Below, piece by piece: positions 46,150 to 52,931 of a stretch of DNA of 64,000 bases. The notes under the pieces are model-generated. The model worked only from the letters and a program-made list of their open reading frames with translations, did not search any database and was not told where the DNA came from. The position numbers and the translations under genes were made by a program. This DNA comes from Candidatus Woesearchaeota archaeon (lineage in GTDB: Archaea; Nanobdellota; Nanobdellia; Woesearchaeales; JABIAG01). The stretch is taken from the NCBI GenBank assembly GCA_018653365.1, contig JABIAG010000003.1:32001-96000 (forward strand), in the 5' to 3' direction. Positions within the stretch are counted from its first letter, which is position 1, and each line of letters begins with the position of its first letter.

Positions 46150-46188
46150 CGCCCTAAGGTTTTTAAAAGAGATAAGAATTACTTAAGG

Positions 46189-47166
46189 ATGAGAACTCCT
46201 GGAAGCCGCATCTTTGAAACAAGAATAAAACTAAATACAATTGATTGTAAAGCGTTCATAGACTGTTGTAAGTGTGAATCAAAAATGTCTTGGAAAGATT
46301 TAGCCAGATTATTAGATGTATCTGAGCATACAATCAGAAATGATTGGCGAAGAGGGAGATCAACAATACCCAATTCGAGATTTAATAAACTTAAGGAATT
46401 AGTTCCAAAGTTCAATTTTCACGAGTTTGAAACTCTTTCTAAGAACTGGGGGCAAAGTATGGGTGGAAAAAACACTGCATGTAAATTGCCTAAAATAAAG
46501 ATCCCCCTCTCAGGTTCCAAGAATCTTGCTGAGTTGTTTGGTGCTATGTTGGGTGATGGTTGTATTTATAGCAATGGTCAGTCATTAGTGATTGCTGGAA
46601 ATTATAAGCTTGATGTGGATTATATTAATTATTTAAAGCGTTTGTTTTTGGATCTGTTTGCAGTGCAACCTAAAATTTATAATAAATCAGGTTCGTTGCG
46701 GCTTATAGTTAACAACAAACGAATTTGTGACTTTTTTGAACAAATGGGCTTTAATAAAGGTAGAAAAAAAGATTCTAATATCAAAATTCCTTCCATTTTC
46801 TTTGATGATGGCCGCTTACTCATTTTGTGCTTGAGGGGGCTTTTTGATACAGATGGAGGAGTTTATTCACACCCAAATTGTGGAATAATGTTAGATATTA
46901 CTTCAAAAATTCCTTCCTTATTAAACTCAATAAAAATTGCTTTCAATCAATTAAACTTTGAGGTGGGTTTAACCACTAATAGAATTCAATTATTTGGCTT
47001 TAAAAAAGTTAATGCTTTCTTTACTTTTATTGGGAGTAGCAATCCTCGAAACTTTATTAAACTACAAAATTTTAAATCTAAAAGTTATGTCCCTTCAACG
47101 AAACAAATGGAAAGACTTTTAAAACATAATGGAAAACCTGTTAAAATAAATGGGCTCATGGTTTAG
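46189..47166 (+). CDS. Free-standing two-motif LAGLIDADG endonuclease with N-terminal HTH
   Basis: SWKDLARLLDVSEHTIRNDW (HTH), WGQSMGG, LAELFGAMLGDG, CLRGLFDTDG, IGSSNPRN. Confidence 0.9.
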   Translation: MRTPGSRIFETRIKLNTIDCKAFIDCCKCESKMSWKDLARLLDVSEHTIRNDWRRGRSTIPNSRFNKLKELVPKFNFHEFETLSKNWGQSMGGKNTACKLPKIKIPLSGSKNLAELFGAMLGDGCIYSNGQSLVIAGNYKLDVDYINYLKRLFLDLFAVQPKIYNKSGSLRLIVNNKRICDFFEQMGFNKGRKKDSNIKIPSIFFDDGRLLILCLRGLFDTDGGVYSHPNCGIMLDITSKIPSLLNSIKIAFNQLNFEVGLTTNRIQLFGFKKVNAFFTFIGSSNPRNFIKLQNFKSKSYVPSTKQMERLLKHNGKPVKINGLMV

Positions 47167-47271
47167 TGGCTTGCGACTAATAAAAGTCGTCCATGAATGA
47201 CAGCGCCCTTACATGGCAGAAGTGCTTATGAAAGGCGTTAATCCCCGGTTCGAGTCCGGGTGGGCCCACCA
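47152..47271 (+). tRNA. tRNA-Val(UAC) with a D-loop intron (47172-47196), a canonical intron (47214-47232) and encoded CCA
   Basis: GGGCTCA/TGGGCCC; GCGCC-CTTACA|A-GGCGT; BHB helices GTGG/CCAT and relaxed CTTA/TATG. Confidence 0.88.
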
Positions 47272-47280
47272 TTTTCATTT

Positions 47281-47358
47281 GCCCCTGTGGTGTAGCCCGG
47301 TCAATCATTCCGGATTTTCGATCCGAAGACTCGAGTTCAAATCTCGGCAGGGGCGCCA
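47281..47358 (+). tRNA. tRNA-Glu(UUC), intronless, encoded CCA
   Basis: GCCCCTG/CAGGGGC; CGGA-TTTTCGA-TCCG; TCGAG-TTCAAAT-CTCGG. Confidence 0.93.
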
Positions 47359-47416
47359 TTTTTTATCATATTTTATCAGAAACATTTTTAAATGAATCGT
47401 TAGTTCTTAGATGTAG

Positions 47417-47518
47417 ATGAAAAGAAGTTCCCGTAGATGGAAGAAGAAAGGACAAATGCGTTGGAAGTGGCAACGTAAACGTATGAAGAAAGAACGTAAG
47501 AAACGTCAATTGAGATAG
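47417..47518 (+). CDS. rpl41e: Ribosomal protein eL41 (33 aa, not in the ORF track)
   Basis: MKRSSRRWKKKGQMRWKWQRKRMKKERKKRQLR, like the long Thermococcales form. Confidence 0.85.
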   Translation: MKRSSRRWKKKGQMRWKWQRKRMKKERKKRQLR

Positions 47519-47588
47519 TTCTATTTTATTTTTTTATAATAATAAAGTTTATTAACTATTATTTCTATTATTTGCTTGAGGTGATATT

Positions 47589-47801
47589 ATGGGAAAAACT
47601 ACAGTTAAGGTTGAAACATTTAATGCTGCTGCAGGCGGTAAAGTCATTCTTGCGATTAATAAAGGTAAATCAAAGCAAAAAGTTGTTGTTAGTGCAGCAC
47701 AATTTATTGGTTGGCTTAAAGATCAATTTAAACCAAAAATGTCTGATAGGGAATTAGAAAAAATGGCTAAAGACTTAGGTGTTAAGTTAGCTCCTGCTTA
47801 A
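47589..47801 (+). CDS. Small basic hypothetical protein
   Basis: Strong SD GAGGTGA; 70 aa. Confidence 0.7.
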   Translation: MGKTTVKVETFNAAAGGKVILAINKGKSKQKVVVSAAQFIGWLKDQFKPKMSDRELEKMAKDLGVKLAPA

Positions 47802-48091
47802 GTCATTCTAATGCTGTTAGCAAACATTGTGTAGCCTGGGTGAGGTTCCTGTCTCCATCCCGTGCACGTACCTTCTTGTGTTAACATCGATCTTAGCGAT
47901 TTAGGCAGTTGATAAGGTCTTTCAACGGTAGTTTTACGGAATTCAGCTCTTCTTGGATGTCTTGTTTCTTCTACAACTTCTAAAAACCATTCACCCACAC
48001 GATTCCACCTATCTACTAATTCTCTATTTGATCTTTGTTGTGCTAGAATTTTTGGTGAGGGTTGTTGTCCGCCCTGTATGTATCCTTTCAT
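47798..48091 (-). CDS. Hypothetical protein
   Basis: 97-aa ORF with a TATA-like element upstream; no motif. Confidence 0.4.
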   Translation of the reverse strand: MKGYIQGGQQPSPKILAQQRSNRELVDRWNRVGEWFLEVVEETRHPRRAEFRKTTVERPYQLPKSLRSMLTQEGTCTGWRQEPHPGYTMFANSIRMT

Positions 48092-48127
48092 TCTTGTTGA
48101 GAATCTTTATGTGTTTATATTGTTTTT

Positions 48128-48586
48128 CTAGATTTCGTTTATATTATAATCTTTCACGCTTTCATTATCATCTGCGAATGTAAATGTTGCTTCTATTGTT
48201 TTTCCTTGTAATAAGTAAGGCATCCAGTGGGTGTCTGTTTTCCACATCTTATCTAATTGAAGGGCATTAAGGTCAAACCATTCTACAGTCATTTCTTCAC
48301 TTTCTGTTGGTTCACCAGTATACATCTTTGCTACAAATAGATGTACTTGTTGTTTCCATTCGGGTTTTTGTGGAAAGGTAAATATTATGTTTCCTCTGTT
48401 TTCCAGGTTTGTAACTTTCACTCCTGCTTCTTCTTCTACTTCTCGTATTGCTGCTTCTTCTATGCTCTCGCCCTCTTCTTGTTTTCCGCCAAATCCATTA
48501 TATTTGCCTGCGCCAAATCCGCGTTTTTTCATTCCTAATAGAACTCTGTTTCCATCAATAATTAAACATAATGTTTTTTGCATCAT
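48128..48586 (-). CDS. Nudix hydrolase, MTH1-like 8-oxo-dGTPase
   Basis: LLGMKKRGFGAGKYNGFGGK, Nudix box AIREVEEEAG, ESEEM, MW..D..W. Confidence 0.9.
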   Translation of the reverse strand: MMQKTLCLIIDGNRVLLGMKKRGFGAGKYNGFGGKQEEGESIEEAAIREVEEEAGVKVTNLENRGNIIFTFPQKPEWKQQVHLFVAKMYTGEPTESEEMTVEWFDLNALQLDKMWKTDTHWMPYLLQGKTIEATFTFADDNESVKDYNINEI

Positions 48587-48632
48587 TTTATTTTTTATCT
48601 GATAAAGTGTTCAAAAATCTTTGATTTTTGTA

Positions 48633-49037
48633 TCATTTCCATAATCCCGCATCCACGAGTGCATCTTTTACACTCTTAACAGTATTTAATTCTTTTATTT
48701 CATTTAGTGTAAAGAATTTTGCTTCTGATAAATCATCACTTGCTTTTATTGTTGGATCGTTTGATTTTGCTAAGTGAAAGAATACTATTGCATGATAATT
48801 TCCAGGAGTGTTGATCACTTCTTGATGTCCAAGTTGTTTTACAATCTCAACATCCATTCCGGTTTCTTCTTTTATTTCACGAATTGCTGCGTCTTGTATT
48901 GTTTCCCCCCAGTCTACTCCTCCTCCGGGGATAACCCACATACCTTCGCAGTTTGTTTTATTTCGTCGTCCTAACAATACTTTGCCTTCGTGTTCGACTA
49001 TTACTGCGGATGTAATTCTTGGTTTTGGTTCTTCCAT
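48633..49037 (-). CDS. Nudix hydrolase (ADP-ribose pyrophosphatase-like)
   Basis: WVIPGGGVDWGETIQDAAIREIKEETG, ASDD. Confidence 0.9.
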   Translation of the reverse strand: MEEPKPRITSAVIVEHEGKVLLGRRNKTNCEGMWVIPGGGVDWGETIQDAAIREIKEETGMDVEIVKQLGHQEVINTPGNYHAIVFFHLAKSNDPTIKASDDLSEAKFFTLNEIKELNTVKSVKDALVDAGLWK

Positions 49038-49057
49038 GCGTATTTCAAAGAATACTT

Positions 49058-49840
49058 CTATAAAACTTTTTTGTAATTAGAAAATAGTTTGTTTAGGATT
49101 TTCTTTCTTTCTTCAATTGTGGTTTTAGGTGGTAAATATCCTAACTTTTGCCACACGGCATGTCGTGTTTGATGTCGGGGATTGTTTGAACCAATCAAAT
49201 CAAACCATTTTTCAATTTCAGCAATTTTTCTGATTCGTAATCTATAAGAATTATTGATCTTCCTGTTACATTTGATGCCCGCTTTCTGTTTAAGTGAAAC
49301 TTTAGATTCAATTCCTAATTTATTTAATAAGTAAGAACTTTGTTCTAATAGTTGTTTTGAACAAGATACTATTGAGAGTTCAGGATGGTAATTGTATGTT
49401 CGCTTCCATTCTGTTGATGTTTTGGCTCGTGACTTATCGCACCAAAAAGAGCCATCTGTGTCAAACAACCCTCGTAAAAACGCTTTTATAACTTGTTTAT
49501 TTTGAGTTTTTAATATTGAAGTTGGTATTGTGGCATTCAAACATTTTTTTCCTTTTTGAAATCCTAGCTTCAATGCTTTTGCAATTATTTTTTTTCGGTA
49601 TGTGAAAATGCCATAAACTTTCCAGGGGATAACTTTTTTCGGGGTTACCTGAATAAAATGTTTAGAAAACAGTTTTGAAAGGAAGTCATCATAGTAGTCT
49701 TTATCTTCGGTAGGGCTTCCCATTATGTAAAATCCTTTTTCTCTGTTTTCAATCCATCCATCGCCCGTAAATGCCCCCAAGATCTCAGCAATTTCTGGGT
49801 GGTTTAAAGAACTTTTGGGTTTTTTAGTATTCATTTTCAC
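49058..49840 (-). CDS. Free-standing two-motif LAGLIDADG endonuclease
   Basis: IAEILGAFTGDG, AFLRGLFDTDG, IGSNNPRH; start may be ATG 49834. Confidence 0.9.
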   Translation of the reverse strand: MKMNTKKPKSSLNHPEIAEILGAFTGDGWIENREKGFYIMGSPTEDKDYYDDFLSKLFSKHFIQVTPKKVIPWKVYGIFTYRKKIIAKALKLGFQKGKKCLNATIPTSILKTQNKQVIKAFLRGLFDTDGSFWCDKSRAKTSTEWKRTYNYHPELSIVSCSKQLLEQSSYLLNKLGIESKVSLKQKAGIKCNRKINNSYRLRIRKIAEIEKWFDLIGSNNPRHQTRHAVWQKLGYLPPKTTIEERKKILNKLFSNYKKVL

Positions 49841-49885
49841 TTGTTTAAATGAATAATAAAAACCCTCTTTAAATATTCTCGGCTA

Positions 49886-49920
49886 GGACTTGTCCAGTGC
49901 CGCATGGAATTGTCCAGTGG
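49886..49920 (-). repeat. Two direct CACTGGACAA(G/T)TCC boxes upstream of LAGLIDADG gene 2
   Basis: Plus strand GGACTTGTCCAGTGC 49886-49900 and GGAATTGTCCAGTGG 49906-49920. Confidence 0.85.
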
Positions 49921-49932
49921 TAATTAAATTGA

Positions 49933-50093
49933 TGCGGGGAACAGGATTTGAACCCGCGTAGGCACTAAGCCAGTAGATGGCTCACGGTAAGCACTTCATC
50001 GACTTTCGTCTCATTACTCAATAACTTGAGTTTGGGTGTCAGCGCCCCTTTGGCGTCAAACGCTACCCCGTTTGACCGCTCCGGCATCCCCGC
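49933..50093 (-). tRNA. tRNA-Leu(CAA) with two introns (30/31: 50032-50062; 37/38: 49979-50024)
   Basis: GCGGGGA/TCCCCGC; long variable arm; spliced GTAGA-CTCAAGA-TCTAC; BHB helices GGGT/ACCC and CTCA/TGAG. Confidence 0.9.
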
Positions 50094-50131
50094 ATAACTG
50101 TTTAGAATTACTGTTTGTTATAAAAAAGTTA

Positions 50132-50434
50132 TTATTGTGTTAGTTGCGCTTCGACTGCTGCTAGTTCTTTTTCTAGATCTAGAATTTCTTTTGGTTTGGT
50201 TGTTGTTTTTGAGGGTTGGATGTTTGGTAGTATTCTTCTTAGCTTTCTTATGTATTCTTTTAGTTCACTTAGTTCACTATTTAATTTCTTTTCAGTTTTC
50301 ATCTTTCGATGTCGTACCTCTTTTACATCCTCTAAAATTTGAAGGTTTTGTAATATCATTTTAGAACTTTCAAGTACGCCCTTTCTTATCCCTACAGGAT
50401 TTTCTAGTCCAACATATGCTAAGTCTTCTTCCAT
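50132..50434 (-). CDS. Hypothetical coiled-coil protein
   Basis: Third gene of a tight three-gene run; YVGLENP..IRK..LE then coiled coil. Confidence 0.75.
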   Translation of the reverse strand: MEEDLAYVGLENPVGIRKGVLESSKMILQNLQILEDVKEVRHRKMKTEKKLNSELSELKEYIRKLRRILPNIQPSKTTTKPKEILDLEKELAAVEAQLTQ

Positions 50435-50440
50435 TTTATT

Positions 50441-50665
50441 TTAGTCTTCTGGTTCGAATAATACACGATCAACATTTCCTAGTTTTCCTTCAATTACTTC
50501 CATGTTTTTCTTCCATACTTCTAATTTTGTATCTTCTTCATCTTTTATTTGTCGTATTTCTGAAAAAGTGCTTTTGATATCATTTACTTTTCCTTTTATT
50601 ACAGTCATAAGGTCTAATACGTCCTCATAATTTTCTATTTTTATGAATAATGACATTTTTTCCAT
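50441..50665 (-). CDS. Hypothetical coiled-coil protein
   Basis: LFIKIENY then heptads ending VDRVLF; SD GAGGT. Confidence 0.75.
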   Translation of the reverse strand: MEKMSLFIKIENYEDVLDLMTVIKGKVNDIKSTFSEIRQIKDEEDTKLEVWKKNMEVIEGKLGNVDRVLFEPED

Positions 50666-50669
50666 CTTT

Positions 50670-51218
50670 TTACCTCTCAAACATTGTTTTGTCTACATAT
50701 AATAATTTTCTTTCTATATCTTCTAATACTATTCTCATTTCTTCAAATTTTACATCTTGTTTATTTTTATTTTTGATTAGGAAGTCAATAGTTGGTTGTA
50801 CCGTATCAATTCTTACATCCACCTCTCTTATTGAGTCAAGTAATATGTGGTAACCTCGTTTTAGTACAAAGAAGGGTCTTGATTCTGGTTTTTGTACTTG
50901 TGGTGTTGGTTGTACTGGTTTTGATACTGGTTGAACTTGAACTGGGGGTGTTGGTTGTACTGGTTTTGGTTGAACTCTTACAGGAGTTATAGGTTTTTGT
51001 ACTGGCCTGGGGGGTGGTGCAGGTTTTGACATTACTGGTTTTGATTTTATTGGATTAGGAATGGGTGTTGGGGGCGTTATTGGTTCAGTTATTTCTTCGT
51101 GAAATAGATCTCCTGGGGGTATTTTAATTGGTGTGAGAACGTCTTTTTTTTCATATCCTGTTAACTCCGCAGGCGTGGGAGGTATTGGAATGTCCTTTTT
51201 CTTTTTAAACCAAATCAT
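50670..51218 (-). CDS. Hypothetical Pro-rich protein with C-terminal coiled coil
   Basis: PVQP repeats; ends PFFV...LLYVDKTMFE; SD GGTGA upstream. Confidence 0.75.
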   Translation of the reverse strand: MIWFKKKKDIPIPPTPAELTGYEKKDVLTPIKIPPGDLFHEEITEPITPPTPIPNPIKSKPVMSKPAPPPRPVQKPITPVRVQPKPVQPTPPVQVQPVSKPVQPTPQVQKPESRPFFVLKRGYHILLDSIREVDVRIDTVQPTIDFLIKNKNKQDVKFEEMRIVLEDIERKLLYVDKTMFER

Positions 51219-51437
51219 CTTTCTTATTTTAACTCTCGTATTTCACCTTATTAAATTTTACTATTATATCTGAGCTTGTCTGTTACTCTGATGTTCAAAA
51301 TTAGTTTTTTAATTTTGCTATGTTGGAGGTAGTTTGCTGAATTTGACCGGCAATATTGCTGGTTTTAATTTTGTTTATTTTAAATTAGTACTCTAACTAC
51401 CTAAACTTTTTTAAATAAGTGATGTTTTAGATGGGAT

Positions 51438-51986
51438 ATGGTAATAAAAGCAAAAGTGTTATTGGAAGTCGCAGGTTTTCCTAAAGAGCATGTTGAAAAA
51501 ACAATTAGGTCAGTTCTTGAAGAAATTCCTAAACGAGAATATAAAATTCTAGACCAAGAAATTCTTCCTACAAAAGAGAGGGATGAAATGTTTACCTCTC
51601 TTGCAGAAGCAACAATTGAATGTTCTGAAGTGGAAACTCTTTATGGGTTTTGTTTTGATTTCATGCCCGCGTCTGTAGATATCATCGAGCCAGAAACAAT
51701 TAATTTGGGTATTCAAGAATTTAATAATAGCTTGAATGATCTATTAGCAACTTTACACAAACTTGATCAAATGTTAAAGAATAGTAATGCTAGAACTAAA
51801 GTGCTTACAAAAAATCTTAATGCATTAACCTCTAATTTTGTTCTTAATCTTTTGGAGAATGATTTAACACTAAAACAATTAGCAACCAAGTTAGGCATTC
51901 CTGAAGATCTTACGGAAAAGTTTTTGGGTGCGTTTGAACAACAAAACTTAATCAAAAAAGAGGGTAAGAAATATTCAAAAAAATGA
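51438..51986 (+). CDS. Conserved-looking hypothetical protein with C-terminal wHTH-like region
   Basis: EVAGFPKEHVEK, FDFMPASVDIIEP; overlaps the scpB start. Confidence 0.75.
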   Translation: MVIKAKVLLEVAGFPKEHVEKTIRSVLEEIPKREYKILDQEILPTKERDEMFTSLAEATIECSEVETLYGFCFDFMPASVDIIEPETINLGIQEFNNSLNDLLATLHKLDQMLKNSNARTKVLTKNLNALTSNFVLNLLENDLTLKQLATKLGIPEDLTEKFLGAFEQQNLIKKEGKKYSKK

Positions 51987-52717
51987 GTGTGGATCTGTTA
52001 AATTTGGAAGCTTTACTTTTTGCCTATGGTAAACTTGTTTCTGAAGATGAACTTAAAACCCTTCTTAACAAGAGAAATATTAAACCTTTATTAGACAAAT
52101 TAAAAGAGAAGTATTCAACCACTGACACCTCCCTAAATTTGATCCAACAAGATAACAAGTGGAAGTTAACTGTTAAGGATGATTATCTCTCTTTAGTTAA
52201 AGGAATTGTTACCAAGACCGAACTTGATCGTCAAACAATGGAGACTCTTGCAGTGATTGCGTTTAAATACCCTGTTTTACAGTCTGAAGTGATAAATATT
52301 CGTAATGCATCTGCATATGAGCATATCAAAACTCTAACAGAATTGGGTTATTTGATGAAAGAAAAGTTTGGAAGATCGTTTAAGCTTAAGTTAACTCCTA
52401 AATTTTTTGATTATTTTGATCTGCCTGAAGATAAGTTAAAAACATTCTTCTCAGATTTTAAAGGAATTGAGAAAGAGATTGTTGATAAAGAATCTGAAGC
52501 AGATAATTTAAGAAAAAAGATAGAGGAACAAAACCGAATCATGAAAGTTAAAAAAGAAAATAAACAGTTGCCTGACCCAGATTCAACTCCGAGTCCAGAT
52601 CCTTTACCTGTTCCGGAACCAACACCTGAACCAATTCCTGAACCGACACCCGAACCAACGCCCGATCCTGAACCTTCGCCCGAAATTGAGCAAGATTCTG
52701 AAGACTCAAATGTTTAG
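51983..52717 (+). CDS. scpB: SMC complex subunit ScpB with PEPT-repeat tail
   Basis: LEALLFA, METLAVIAFKYPV.QSEV..IR, TPKFFDYF. Confidence 0.93.
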   Translation: MSVDLLNLEALLFAYGKLVSEDELKTLLNKRNIKPLLDKLKEKYSTTDTSLNLIQQDNKWKLTVKDDYLSLVKGIVTKTELDRQTMETLAVIAFKYPVLQSEVINIRNASAYEHIKTLTELGYLMKEKFGRSFKLKLTPKFFDYFDLPEDKLKTFFSDFKGIEKEIVDKESEADNLRKKIEEQNRIMKVKKENKQLPDPDSTPSPDPLPVPEPTPEPIPEPTPEPTPDPEPSPEIEQDSEDSNV

Positions 52718-52850
52718 GCTTAGATGTCCCAAATGTGGGAATTATATGAATTGTCAACCCCAAAAAACACTTCTAGATAAACGTAAAGTTTGTGTTTATT
52801 GTAATGCATCTTTTAAGATTTTAGATCACATTGTTAAAAAATTAAATTAG
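52710..52850 (+). CDS. Small Zn-ribbon protein (46 aa, not in the ORF track)
   Basis: MFRLRCPKCGNYM...KRKVCVYCNASFKI; overlaps the scpB stop. Confidence 0.75.
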   Translation: MFRLRCPKCGNYMNCQPQKTLLDKRKVCVYCNASFKILDHIVKKLN

Positions 52851-52931
52851 GATTTTTATCGACGACAAAAACCCTTTCTAAATAACCAAAATACTTATAA
52901 ATGCCTCCCTTTTTTGTCTTTATGGAGGACA

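Noticed and set aside
45810-47395. Short ORFs 45810-46001, 47177-47359 and 47213-47395
   Set aside because: They overlap tRNA genes
46189-49840. LAGLIDADG ORFs as inteins or intron-encoded genes
   Set aside because: No N-terminal Cys/Ser splicing block or C-terminal His-Asn, no interrupted host gene, and the flanking tRNAs are complete without them
46040-49925. Main replication origin, suggested by ORB-like TCCAGTGGAAA boxes
   Set aside because: No orc1/cdc6 in the window, no G-string, and by eye the plus-strand T bias does not switch here; kept only as an alternative reading of the box
45776-50093. Split or permuted tRNAs
   Set aside because: All five tRNAs reconstruct fully in cis after BHB intron removal
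51346-51363. Palindrome ACCGGCAATATTGCTGGT followed by Ts
   Set aside because: A single occurrence between divergent genes with no gene ending there; cannot tell terminator, operator or chance apart
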